DNA of 64,000 bases from Treponemataceae bacterium (GCA_963678065.2 CAXXVZ010000004.1:640001-704000); one strand, 5' to 3'. Shown: positions 1-10,283, numbered from the stretch's first letter. Made by a program: numbers and translations. The notes: generated by a model from the letters alone, not told the origin.

Positions 1-447
1 GATGACGCGGTCGCACTCGCGGGCGAGAATCTTGTTCACGCTACCGAGGTCCATGTGGTAGCGGCGCGATACGGGATCGAGGGGTATGGTGCCCATGCCG
101 GTCTCGTTCGTCACGACGACGATGTCGCGCGGCAGCCTCCCGACGAGGCGGCCGAGAATCGCTGGCCACTCGGCCTGGCGTTCGCGATAGTAGAGATTGT
201 TGAGCCACATCGGGATACAGTCGAGGATCTGACTCTCCCGGACAGCCAGGTCGATGTCGATGGGCTCCTCCACGGTGATGTAGCGCTCGGGGCGTTCGAG
301 CTTGTGGAGACGGATTTTCTCCTTCATCTCGGGATCGAAGGCCTCGGCTGTCGCAAGAAAATTGAAGGTCCTGAATTCCTTTCCCGCCAGTTCGAGAGCG
401 TAGGAACTCTTGCCGGATTTGACTCCGCCCGTGATGAGTGTCCGCAT
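1..447 (-). CDS. cobU: Adenosylcobinamide kinase / adenosylcobinamide-phosphate guanylyltransferase (runs off the window edge)
   Basis: Not in the ORF track. My manual translation from ATG at 447 gives MRTLITGGVKSGKSSYA...FLATAEAFDPEMKEKIRLHKLERP...TVEEP...LDCIPMWLNN...VVVTNETGMG, with a P-loop and the CobU/CobP motifs. It follows the btu genes. Confidence 0.92.
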   Translation of the reverse strand, partial: MRTLITGGVKSGKSSYALELAGKEFRTFNFLATAEAFDPEMKEKIRLHKLERPERYITVEEPIDIDLAVRESQILDCIPMWLNNLYYRERQAEWPAILGRLVGRLPRDIVVVTNETGMGTIPLDPVSRRYHMDLGSVNKILARECDRVI

Positions 448-450
448 GTC

Positions 451-1278
451 TCAGTCTCCTTGGCCGTTTCCGGCACTATCGCCCCGGCCGCCCAGCGTCG
501 CCATGGGCAGGACGTACCTGCCGTAGTCCTCGTGGTGCCCGAAGAGGAACTCGGTGTTGTATGCCCGCTCGAGCGTCTCGGGCACGAGGACGCGATCCGG
601 GCTGCCCGTGACGGCGGAACCGTCCGGCATGACGAGGACGATGCTTTTCGCGTAGCGCCTCGCGAGGTTGACGTCGTGCAGGCTCACGAGGAGAGCCTTT
701 CCGCCCGCAGAGAGATCGACGAGGCCCTCCATGAGTTCGATCTGTCGGCCGGGGTCGAGGTGGGCGCAGGGCTCGTCGAGGAGGATGGCCGGACACTCCT
801 GGGCAAGGGCGCGAGCGATGAGAACCCGCCTCGCCTCGCCGCCCGAGAGTGTCGTGAAGGGGCGGCCTTCCATCTCCGAGAGGTCCATCGCCCGCAGGGC
901 CGCGTCCACGGCCACCCTGTCCGCGGCGCCAAAGCTTCCGAAGGCTCCGATGCGGGAATACCGCGCCGCCGCGACGACTTCGCGGATGGTGAAGGGCCAG
1001 GCCGCCCCCCCCGTCTGGGGCACATAGGCGAGACATTTCGCCCTCTCCCTGAGAGAGAGCTTCTGGAGGGGCTTGCCACCCAGGGTGACGCAGCCCGCCA
1101 GCGGCGGAAGGAGGCCGGCGATCGTCTTGATGATGGTCGTCTTTCCGGAGCCGTTCACGCCGAGGAGAGCGACGAGCCCGCCAGAGGCCAGGTCGAAGGA
1201 AATTTTTTTCGCGACGATCCTCGATCCGTAACCCGCGTCGAGGTCGCTGACCGAGAGGACCGGAAAACCAGAGCTCAT
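451..1278 (-). CDS. btuD: Corrinoid/iron-chelate ABC transporter ATPase
   Basis: Walker A GVNGSGKT, signature LSGGE, Walker B ILLDEP. Lies in an operon under a B12 riboswitch. Confidence 0.85.
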   Translation of the reverse strand: MSSGFPVLSVSDLDAGYGSRIVAKKISFDLASGGLVALLGVNGSGKTTIIKTIAGLLPPLAGCVTLGGKPLQKLSLRERAKCLAYVPQTGGAAWPFTIREVVAAARYSRIGAFGSFGAADRVAVDAALRAMDLSEMEGRPFTTLSGGEARRVLIARALAQECPAILLDEPCAHLDPGRQIELMEGLVDLSAGGKALLVSLHDVNLARRYAKSIVLVMPDGSAVTGSPDRVLVPETLERAYNTEFLFGHHEDYGRYVLPMATLGGRGDSAGNGQGD

Positions 1279-2306
1279 CGGGATGCCTCCCGCTCGCGCC
1301 TCGCGATCTTCCAGAGGAAAAAAGGAGCTCCGAGGAGGGCCGTCAGCGCGCCGACAGGAACCTCGATGGGGGCGAAGAGGGTGCGCGCCGCCACGTCGGA
1401 GGCGAGAAGGAGTATGCTCCCCGTGAGGCCCGCGGCCGGCAGGAGATAGCGGTGGCCGGGGCCGACGAACTTGCGCGCGAGGTGGGGAGAGATGAGGCCG
1501 ACGAAGCCTATCGTTCCCGAGGCCGCGACGGCCGCCGAGACGGCGAGGGTCGCGAGGGCTCCGATGCCGAGCCGGGCACGGGAAGGATTGAGGCCGAGGC
1601 TGATGGCCTCCTCGTCGCCCGCCGAGAGGACGTCGAGGACGCGCGCGGAGAAGAAGAGCCCCGTGAGACCTATCAGGGTAGGAGGCAGGGCTGTCAGGAG
1701 CTCGTCCGCGCCCTTGGCGGAGAAGCCTCCGAGGAGCCAGAAGAAGACGTGGTGGAGGTCGCGGTCGTTCAGGGTCAGGACGATGGATACCAGGGCTGAA
1801 AGCATGGCCGAGAGGGCCGTTCCGGCGAGGAGGAGTCCGGTCGCGTCGCCGCGCACGCGGGAGGCCCGCGCGACGGAGTAGACGACGGCGACGGAGCCGA
1901 GTCCGCCGATGAAGGCCCCCGCCCCCACTCCGGAGAAGCCGGCGAAACTGAACTTGACCCCGAAGACCATGGCGAGGACGGCGCCGAGGGCCGCGCCGGA
2001 GGAGCCTCCGATGACGTAGGGATCGGCGAGGGGGTTGCGGAAGAGGCCCTGGAAGGCCGCGCCGGCCGCGCCGAGGACGCAGCCCACGAGGGCCGCGAGG
2101 AGGCCGCGCGAGAGGCGAAGGGAGACAATGACCGTCTCCGGGCCTTCGATGCGCCCGAAAAGGGCGGCGACAGCTCTGGAGGGCGGAAAACGCACCGCGC
2201 CTATCCCCAGAGACAGCGCGAGTATGAGGGCGAGCATCCCCGTGAGGAAGATGAGGACGGCGATGGCCTTCCCCCGCCCTCCCCTTCCGGCCGCGTCGGA
2301 TTTCAC
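1275..2306 (-). CDS. btuC: Corrinoid ABC transporter permease (FecCD/BtuC family)
   Basis: FQGLFRNPLADPYVIG and GTIGFVGLISPH motifs. Likely GTG start at 2306, right after the btuF stop. Confidence 0.85.
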   Translation of the reverse strand: MKSDAAGRGGRGKAIAVLIFLTGMLALILALSLGIGAVRFPPSRAVAALFGRIEGPETVIVSLRLSRGLLAALVGCVLGAAGAAFQGLFRNPLADPYVIGGSSGAALGAVLAMVFGVKFSFAGFSGVGAGAFIGGLGSVAVVYSVARASRVRGDATGLLLAGTALSAMLSALVSIVLTLNDRDLHHVFFWLLGGFSAKGADELLTALPPTLIGLTGLFFSARVLDVLSAGDEEAISLGLNPSRARLGIGALATLAVSAAVAASGTIGFVGLISPHLARKFVGPGHRYLLPAAGLTGSILLLASDVAARTLFAPIEVPVGALTALLGAPFFLWKIARREREASR

Positions 2307-2307
2307 C

Positions 2308-3207
2308 TTACTTTCCGGCCCTGAGGCCTTCGAGAGCCTTGGCCATGAGTTCGGCGGCGTCCGCGAGGCGCGGGCCGGCGCGGGACACGATGTCGCCATT
2401 GAGCAGGAAAACGCGCTTCGCCTTCACTGCCGCGAGCCCGGCCCAGCCCGGCCGCGAGCCGAGTCTCTCCATAGTGACCCTGTCGCCGTGGGTGTCGGAA
2501 CTCATGATGATATCGGGGTTGCGCTTCACGATCTCCTCGAAGCTGACGACGGGCCAGTCCTGGCTCGCGTCCGGGAAAAGGTTGCGGCCGCCGGCGATCT
2601 CGATGAGCATACCGGTGAAGGTCCTGGGTCCCGCACTCATGAGGGGGTCGTCCCAGGTTTCCCAGAAAACGGCCGGCCGCTCCGAGGCGGGAACCTTGGC
2701 CGTCCTCGCGGCGACAGCCTCGATGCGGGATTTCATTGAGGCTACCGACTTCGCCGCTACTGCGGGGTCGCCGGCGATCTCGCCTATCCGCGACAGTGTC
2801 GCGTAGATGTCCTCGAAGCCATTCAGACTGAAGACGACCGCGGCGAGTCCGGCCTTCCTGAGCTGTTCTGCCAAGGCTCCGTGGGTTTTCAGCTCGCCGA
2901 CGACAAGGTCGGGCTTGAGGGCGAGGACTGTCTCGACGCTGATCGTCTTGGCGGAGAATCCGCCGATTTTCGGTTTGCCGGCCGCCTCGGGCGGATAATT
3001 GCAGTATGTGGTGTCGCCGACGAGAAAGGAGCCCGCGCCGGCGGCGTATATGATTTCGGTCAGGGCCGGCGAGAGCGAGACCACTCGCAAAGCCTTGCCC
3101 TTCAGACGGACGGGTGTCCCGGCGCCATCGACGAAACCGATGCTCTGGGCCTGAAGCCCGAGGGCCAGGACAAAGACGGCCACCGCCGCCATTGCGATAC
3201 GTTTCAT
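2308..3207 (-). CDS. btuF: Corrinoid-binding periplasmic protein
   Basis: Signal peptide, RVVSLSPALTEI and SRAGPRL motifs, GGAGG RBS. First gene after the cobalamin riboswitch. Confidence 0.85.
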   Translation of the reverse strand: MKRIAMAAVAVFVLALGLQAQSIGFVDGAGTPVRLKGKALRVVSLSPALTEIIYAAGAGSFLVGDTTYCNYPPEAAGKPKIGGFSAKTISVETVLALKPDLVVGELKTHGALAEQLRKAGLAAVVFSLNGFEDIYATLSRIGEIAGDPAVAAKSVASMKSRIEAVAARTAKVPASERPAVFWETWDDPLMSAGPRTFTGMLIEIAGGRNLFPDASQDWPVVSFEEIVKRNPDIIMSSDTHGDRVTMERLGSRPGWAGLAAVKAKRVFLLNGDIVSRAGPRLADAAELMAKALEGLRAGK

Positions 3208-3365
3208 GTTTCCTCCCTGCCTGCCGACGCCGGCGGTACATGGCCGGAGCGCCTGTCAGGTCTTCGTGGAGGAACGTTCGGACTGGACGGAATGCAGTTG
3301 CGGCTGGAGAAAAAATGCTTGCCGAAACTCGACGCCTGGACCACGAAGCGTTCCTGAATGAGTCA

Positions 3366-3550
3366 CGAACGGATCGGGTATCCTGACTCGCGAGGCATCC
3401 GGATTTTGGGCAGAGGCAGATATCGCAGGCCTCGGTCCGGCCATCCGGCCGACACGCTCACAGTTACGGGCTAGTTCCGGATTCTCACCGGATTCCCCCG
3501 AACGCCCTCCCCTCTGGTTCAACGACCCTCGGGAACAGGCATTCCGTTCG
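3366..3550 (-). ncRNA. Cobalamin (AdoCbl) riboswitch
   Basis: The minus strand reads GGGAATCCGGTGAGAATCCGGAACTAGCCCGTAACTGTGA...GAGTCAGGATACC (B12-box). Closing stem CGAACGGA (3550-3543) pairs with TCCGTTCG (3373-3366). Upstream of btuF. Confidence 0.9.
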
Positions 3551-3557
3551 AATGCGG

Positions 3558-3586
3558 ACTATATCCTCTGCCGGAAGCGCCGTCAA
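3558..3586 (-). promoter_or_regulatory. Sigma70-type promoter for the riboswitch-btu-cobU transcript
   Basis: TTGACG-N17-TATAGT. The predicted start (~3551) coincides with the 5' end of the riboswitch. Confidence 0.75.
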
Positions 3587-3629
3587 GCGGAGCTTGACGA
3601 GTCGAGCTCCATTGATGAGTCGAGCTCCG

Positions 3630-3974
3630 CTAGCAGCAGCTCCTCTTGCTTCCCGATTTCCCGCTTTCAGCGCCGCCGCAGCCGCAGGCCGGAGCCGTGC
3701 CCCGGAGTTTTCCGTTTATGATGGCGGCGGCGCAGCCGACTCCCGCCTTGACCGAGAGCGCGCCCACGGGACAGTTGCGCGCACAGGCGCCGCACTCCAT
3801 GCACAGACCGCGGTCGAGGATCGCGGCTTTTCCCCCGCCTTTCGCGCCGGGCTGCGCAGACTGCAATCCGAAAACCGCGTGGGGACAGACCTCGACGCAG
3901 ATGCCGCAGCCGATGCAGGCCTGTGCATCCAGCGACAGGCTCGTCCCGTTCTGTATGTACCGAAAAGCTTTCAT
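3630..3974 (-). CDS. hgcB: Mercury methylation ferredoxin HgcB (2x[4Fe-4S])
   Basis: CIGCGICVEVCP and CMECGACARNCP, then GVGCA and a C-terminal CGC...CC. Directly downstream of hgcA. Start MKAFRY follows a GGGGGA RBS. Confidence 0.93.
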   Translation of the reverse strand: MKAFRYIQNGTSLSLDAQACIGCGICVEVCPHAVFGLQSAQPGAKGGGKAAILDRGLCMECGACARNCPVGALSVKAGVGCAAAIINGKLRGTAPACGCGGAESGKSGSKRSCC

Positions 3975-4059
3975 ACGCCGTATTCCCCCTGTTTCTGGCA
4001 TTCCGATCCGAAAGTGGGTTTCATGCCCCGCAGCCCGCTGCAAGGTATGTTCATTCTTG

Positions 4060-5247
4060 CTAGAATCCGAACGCGAGAGCGAATCCCCCGAAAAGTATCC
4101 CCGATGCCGCGCAGACGATCATGGGCACGAGTCCCTTTTCCACTTCGAGACGGGCCCCCGTCTGAGAAGTGAAGGTTGAACAGCCGGTGAAGTTCATGCC
4201 GAGGAAGGCCGAGACCGCGCCGCAGATCGCGGCGGCGGCGAGCGCGGCTCCCGGATTCGCGCCGGCGAGGACGCCTGTCGCTCCGCCCCAGAGGGCGCCG
4301 AGAAAGGCCCCCTTGAGAGCGAATGCCCTGAAAGGAAGAAGGGGAAGAAGAGCGGGGAGGCCGACTGTGCCCGCCACGACGCCTCCCGAAAGGATGCCGA
4401 AAACAGTCGCCCAGACGGCAAAAAAGTCCGGCGCCGCTCCTCCCGATCCGACTCCGGCGCCCAGGCGCGCGAGGAGGGCTGCAAGTACAGCTATGAGGGC
4501 GACCGCGGCGAAGAATACCCAGGAATGGACGAACTCGACCGGAACGAGAAGGAGGCGGTCGACGAATCCGAAGCGCACCGTCCGCATCGCCTCGCCCTTC
4601 CTCATCCCTGCGTCCATCCAGGCGGGAATGTCCGCCGCGCGGACGGGGCCGTAGATCACCGAGAAGCCGGCCCTGCGCGCGATTTCGTGCGCCGAAACGC
4701 CCGAAGCGCCGAGCTGGGGGAGGATGAGACGCCTGTGCGAGACGAGGGCCCGCAGTCCCGTCTTCGCTATCCTCGAAACGAGTTCCTCAGTCCCAAAGCT
4801 TCCCTTCCCGGCGGCGCACCAGACATTCACCCCCTTCGTATCGAGGACGAGTATCCACGCGTCGATTCCGGAGAGTTCCTTGCGGAGACTGTCGAAGCTG
4901 AGTTTGTAGTTGGCCGTCACGAGGACGACAGATTCGGGACGGGGAGCGCCGAGGGCGTAGATCCCCGGCCGGACTCGGTAGCTGTTCCTGCCCATCCCCC
5001 ACCGCACCTTCCATCCGCCACGTCTGTCATTCAGAGTCAGACGGGTGCCGACGACCGGGATCGCGCGCCCGGGGACTTCGAGTCTTCCGGTCACGAAGGG
5101 TTGGCCGAGGGCAGCCTCGTCGGTCCGCACATCGATCTTCGCATCGATTCCAGGACTGCGCGTGTTTCCCGCGGCGAAGCTGTGGGCCTGTCCTGTCGGT
5201 CTGAAACCGCCCGCGAAGGGGCCGCTTCCGCTGTGCTCACGATTCAT
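4060..5247 (-). CDS. hgcA: Mercury methylation corrinoid protein HgcA
   Basis: Cap-helix motif GVNVWCAAGKG, VTANYKLSFD and LILPQLGASG, a C-terminal multi-TM domain ending NFTGCSTFTS, and adjacent hgcB. Confidence 0.95.
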   Translation of the reverse strand: MNREHSGSGPFAGGFRPTGQAHSFAAGNTRSPGIDAKIDVRTDEAALGQPFVTGRLEVPGRAIPVVGTRLTLNDRRGGWKVRWGMGRNSYRVRPGIYALGAPRPESVVLVTANYKLSFDSLRKELSGIDAWILVLDTKGVNVWCAAGKGSFGTEELVSRIAKTGLRALVSHRRLILPQLGASGVSAHEIARRAGFSVIYGPVRAADIPAWMDAGMRKGEAMRTVRFGFVDRLLLVPVEFVHSWVFFAAVALIAVLAALLARLGAGVGSGGAAPDFFAVWATVFGILSGGVVAGTVGLPALLPLLPFRAFALKGAFLGALWGGATGVLAGANPGAALAAAAICGAVSAFLGMNFTGCSTFTSQTGARLEVEKGLVPMIVCAASGILFGGFALAFGF

Positions 5248-5765
5248 GATCCAGCCTCCTGTCTACAATCCGCGGACGCGCCGCGGTCACTCGTTCCAGC
5301 ACAGCAGCCATCGAAAGGCTTCGCGCGCAGGGCAACGGCTAGGGTCGCTATTCCGTCCACGACAGTCTGACGGCTGTCGGCGGGAAGGGATTCGAGGACA
5401 TCGGCGTAGTACCGATCGCAGATTTCGTGGATGGAATCCACCTTGTCTCCGCCGGCCGGGGTCAGCGCGACGACTTGCCGCCGTCTGTTCGCCATGTCGG
5501 TCTCGCGCGACGCAAGACCAGCCCTGACGAGCCCGTCCACAGTCCGGCTCAGGGTGCTCGCGTCGAGGTCGAGTATCCGCGCGCAGTCGCCGACTCCGGT
5601 CGGACCGCTTTGATCCAGCTCCAGAAGCAGGTGGCACTGGGCTACGGTCACTCCGCAGCATCCCGTCTGAGAGGAGAGTGCGCGCTCTATCTGGCGCTCG
5701 AGGAGTCTGAGGTTGCGGCGGAATTCCCTCACGTGGGCTTGCGGTTCATCATTCACAGATCTCAT
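5244..5765 (-). CDS. Cys-rich MarR-family transcriptional regulator
   Basis: wHTH LDASTLSRTVDGLVRAGL..R....NRR, with GCCGVTVAQCH and a C-terminal GCC...C. Its stop overlaps the hgcA start (ATGA). Exact start uncertain. Confidence 0.88.
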   Translation of the reverse strand: MRSVNDEPQAHVREFRRNLRLLERQIERALSSQTGCCGVTVAQCHLLLELDQSGPTGVGDCARILDLDASTLSRTVDGLVRAGLASRETDMANRRRQVVALTPAGGDKVDSIHEICDRYYADVLESLPADSRQTVVDGIATLAVALRAKPFDGCCAGTSDRGASADCRQEAGS

Positions 5766-5772
5766 GTATAAC

Positions 5773-5802
5773 ACATATATTGCGTATTGCAATATATGTC
5801 AA
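5773..5802. promoter_or_regulatory. Putative MarR operator overlapping a TTGACA -35 of marR-hgcAB
   Basis: Perfect inverted repeat ACATATATTGC-N5-GCAATATATGT (5773-5799), AT-rich in a GC-rich background. Minus-strand TTGACA at 5802-5797. Confidence 0.75.
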
Positions 5803-5859
5803 CTACAATCGACAGCCGCCCGCTTGCGCCCACCTGGCGAGGTCGGGAATACTCTCGCC

Positions 5860-6981
5860 ATGAGCTTGAGACCCTTCGCGCTCGAACGGTATTTTGCCCG
5901 GCACGAGTTCAGCGCCCGCTACCTTCTCGGATCGAGCGACCCTGAATCGATGTCGGTGCGTGAACTTCTCGCCCTCGAACCCGGCTCTGAGGCGGGCCTG
6001 GGAGATCTGCGGCTCGGCTACACGGAGAGCCTCGGCCATCCCGATCTCCGGAGGGACATCGCCGCGACCTACACTCAGACAGACCCGGACTCCATCATCG
6101 TCTTCTCGGGCGCCGAAGAGCCCATATACACATTCATGAACGCGGCGCTCGAAGCGGGGGATCACATCATCGTCCACTTTCCCTCATACCAGTCTCACCA
6201 CGCCGTCGCACAGGCGCGGGGAATCGACGTCTCGCTCTGGAAGGGAGATCCCGCCGCGGGCTGGGCTCCGGAGCCCTCGGAGCTGGAAGACCTCATCCGG
6301 CCGGAGACAGTGGCCATCCTCGTCTGCACGCCCCACAATCCGACCGGCTGGCTCGCCGACGCGCGGGCATGGGCGCGAATCGTCGACATCGCCCGGGCGC
6401 ACGATCTCTGGCTGTTCTCGGACGAGGTCTACCGGGGGCTCGAGCACGAGCCCCCGACGCGGCTTCCCCAGGCCTGTGATCTCTATGAGAAAGGGATCTC
6501 GCTCAACTGTCTCAGCAAGAGCTGCGGCCTCGCGGGCCTGCGCATCGGCTGGATCGCCACACGGGACAGGGAACTCTTCGCGAAACTCGCGGCCTACAAG
6601 GATTACCTCAGCATCTGCAACAGCGCTCCCTCGGAGTACCTCGCCGGCATCGCGGTCCGTCACATGGAGACGCTTTTCGGACGCAGCCGGGAGCGGGTTG
6701 TGCGGAATCTCGACCTCCTCGAAGCCTTTTTCGCGAGGCGATCCGATATATTCCGCTGGATGCGCCCGGGCGCCGGATCGACCACCTTCCCCGAGTACAC
6801 AGCAGGGGATTCCTTCGAACTCTGCGAGCGACTTGTGGCCGAAACGGGCATCATGCTCGTGCCGGGACGTTTTTTCGATATCGAAGGCGGCTTCATCCGC
6901 TTCGGCTACGGACGTGAAAACCTGCCGGAAGTTTTGCCGCTGCTGGAAGAATGGCTTGAACGGGCGGCGCCCGGCCGGTAG
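5860..6981 (+). CDS. PLP-dependent aminotransferase class I/II
   Basis: PHNPTG, SDEVY and LSKSCGLAGLRIGW (PLP lysine). Likely start MSLRPF. Confidence 0.88.
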   Translation: MSLRPFALERYFARHEFSARYLLGSSDPESMSVRELLALEPGSEAGLGDLRLGYTESLGHPDLRRDIAATYTQTDPDSIIVFSGAEEPIYTFMNAALEAGDHIIVHFPSYQSHHAVAQARGIDVSLWKGDPAAGWAPEPSELEDLIRPETVAILVCTPHNPTGWLADARAWARIVDIARAHDLWLFSDEVYRGLEHEPPTRLPQACDLYEKGISLNCLSKSCGLAGLRIGWIATRDRELFAKLAAYKDYLSICNSAPSEYLAGIAVRHMETLFGRSRERVVRNLDLLEAFFARRSDIFRWMRPGAGSTTFPEYTAGDSFELCERLVAETGIMLVPGRFFDIEGGFIRFGYGRENLPEVLPLLEEWLERAAPGR

Positions 6982-7020
6982 CCCTGCGCAAAGGAAGAAT
7001 TCCGCGGACCTGAAGCCCCC

Positions 7021-7734
7021 CTACCCCCGCGGCGCATTCTCCAGAGCCGCCATGATCCAGTCCCGCATGAACGAGACACCTTCCTTCACGAGGTCGAATT
7101 GTGCGTCGAGTATGCACCAGTCGAGAAAGACGGCGCGGGCCGAACGGTTGAAGAGCTGGGCGAGACGGGACGCGTCGATGTCCACCCTGAACTCGCCGGA
7201 CTTCTGTCCCTCGGCGATTATGCCTCCGACGATGGCGACCCACTGCCTGCCCGAGTCGGTGATAATCTTGTCCGTCCCCGCCTGGCTGGTCTGGTTGGCG
7301 TACAGCACTTTGAGGTTCCGGTTTCCGACGACATCGCGCACATAGCGCATCTGGGCGCGCGTGAAAGCGAGAAGTTTTTCCCTCGCGGTTTTGTAACGTC
7401 TGAGATTTCCGTCGGCGTAGCTGCGGTAGTACCCGTCGATCTTGAGGAATTCCTCCACGATGATGTCGCTCTTCGTGGCGAAGTACGTGTAGAAGCTGCC
7501 CTTGGCGACTCCCGCCGTCCGGGTGATCTCCTCTATGGTGACCGCGTTGAATCCCTTTTCGTCGAAGAGCCTGAGGGCCGCCTCGAGGATGGCGTCCTTG
7601 GTTCTCTGAGCCGTCCTGCCCAGCACGGCCCCGCGGCGCGGGGAGGTCGAGTCGCTTTTCGGCCTCTTCGCCCGAGGTTCCACCTCCGGGTCCGCCGCGC
7701 CTGATCCGGAATCCCGCCCTTCTGCTGCCGCCAT
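7021..7734 (-). CDS. TetR/AcrR-family regulator
   Basis: C-terminal part of the 573-aa track ORF: AALRLFDEKGFNAVTIEEITRTAGVAKGSFYTYF. Confidence 0.88.
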   Translation of the reverse strand: MAAAEGRDSGSGAADPEVEPRAKRPKSDSTSPRRGAVLGRTAQRTKDAILEAALRLFDEKGFNAVTIEEITRTAGVAKGSFYTYFATKSDIIVEEFLKIDGYYRSYADGNLRRYKTAREKLLAFTRAQMRYVRDVVGNRNLKVLYANQTSQAGTDKIITDSGRQWVAIVGGIIAEGQKSGEFRVDIDASRLAQLFNRSARAVFLDWCILDAQFDLVKEGVSFMRDWIMAALENAPRG

Positions 7735-7757
7735 CGCCCGCTCCCGCCCGCCTCGCC

Positions 7758-9263
<1,506 letters not shown>

Positions 9264-9264
9264 G

Positions 9265-10266
9265 TCAGTCAGCCTCCACTCTGCGGCCGTCCAGACGGCG
9301 CTGCAGCTCCGGCAGGACCTGGAAGGCGTCGCCCACGATGGCGAAATCGGCGATCCTGTGCAGGTTCGCGTCGGGGTCGGGGTTGACCGACACTATGACT
9401 TCGCTCGTCTTGATTCCCGCGAGGTGCTGGATAGAGCCCGAGATTCCCGCGCCTATGTAGAGTTTGGGAGATATCGTCTTGCCCGAGAGTCCGATCTGGT
9501 GGGGGTAACCGATCCATCCCCTGTCCACCGCCTCGCGGCTCGCGCCGACGACGCCGCCGAAGCTGGCCGCGAGTTTTTCGAGCATCGCGAAGTTGTCGGC
9601 CTTCTTCATTCCCTTGCCGCCCGCGACCACGATGTCGGCCTCCTCCAGGTTGACGAAACCCGTGGCGTCCTTCCGGTAGCCGAGGACCGAGACGCGCGGG
9701 TCGATCATGTCATCCGAGACGGGTACCACGATTATTCTGCCCTCGCGCTCAGGATCGCGCGGAAGGGATCGCGAGGACTTCGGTCTGACCGTCGCCATCT
9801 GAGGCCTGTGGTCGGGCGTCTTGATCGTGGCCATGATGTTTCCGCCGATGGCCGGCCGCGTCTGGAGCAGGTTTCCCGTTCCCTCTTCGATGTCGAGCTC
9901 TGTGCAGTCCGCGGTCAGGCCCGTGTGCACCTTGACGGCGAGATAGGGCATGAGAGTCCGCCCCGAGGAGGTGGCCGCGGCGAGGATGACGCTCGGCCTG
10001 TATGCCGCGATGATGCGAGAGAGGATGCGCGCGTAGCTCTCGCAGACGAAATCGGCGAGTCGCGGATCCTGGATCGAGTAGACCTCGTCCGCGCCGCGCT
10101 CTATCAGCTCCCGCATGGCCGCCTCGTCCACTCCGTCGCCTATGAGGACGGAGGCGAGTTTGGTTCCGAGCTTGTCGGCCAGCTTCCGGCCGCGTGAGAG
10201 CAGTTCGAAGGAGACAGCCTTGAGCTGGCCCCCGTGCTGTTCTGCCAGTGTCCAGACGAAACTCAT
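9265..10266 (-). CDS. etfA: Electron transfer flavoprotein alpha subunit
   Basis: GLTADCT, RPAIGGNIMATI, QIGLSGKTISPKLYIGAGISGSIQH. Start MSFVW. Confidence 0.92.
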   Translation of the reverse strand: MSFVWTLAEQHGGQLKAVSFELLSRGRKLADKLGTKLASVLIGDGVDEAAMRELIERGADEVYSIQDPRLADFVCESYARILSRIIAAYRPSVILAAATSSGRTLMPYLAVKVHTGLTADCTELDIEEGTGNLLQTRPAIGGNIMATIKTPDHRPQMATVRPKSSRSLPRDPEREGRIIVVPVSDDMIDPRVSVLGYRKDATGFVNLEEADIVVAGGKGMKKADNFAMLEKLAASFGGVVGASREAVDRGWIGYPHQIGLSGKTISPKLYIGAGISGSIQHLAGIKTSEVIVSVNPDPDANLHRIADFAIVGDAFQVLPELQRRLDGRRVEAD

Positions 10267-10283
10267 GTGCACGGCCTCCTTTT

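Noticed and set aside
55..1449. 464-aa plus-strand ORF and the many other long antisense or overlapping ORFs in the track
   Set aside because: These are shadows of real genes caused by high-GC codon bias, with no recognisable motifs.
451..3207. Iron-siderophore (Fec/Fhu) transporter
   Set aside because: Same protein families, but the cobalamin riboswitch and downstream cobU point to corrinoid uptake.
4060..5247. CO dehydrogenase/acetyl-CoA synthase corrinoid subunit (CdhE/AcsC), or a selenocysteine HgcA
   Set aside because: The NVWCAAGK motif, C-terminal TM domain and adjacent hgcB identify HgcA. The cap-helix codon is TGC (Cys), not TGA.
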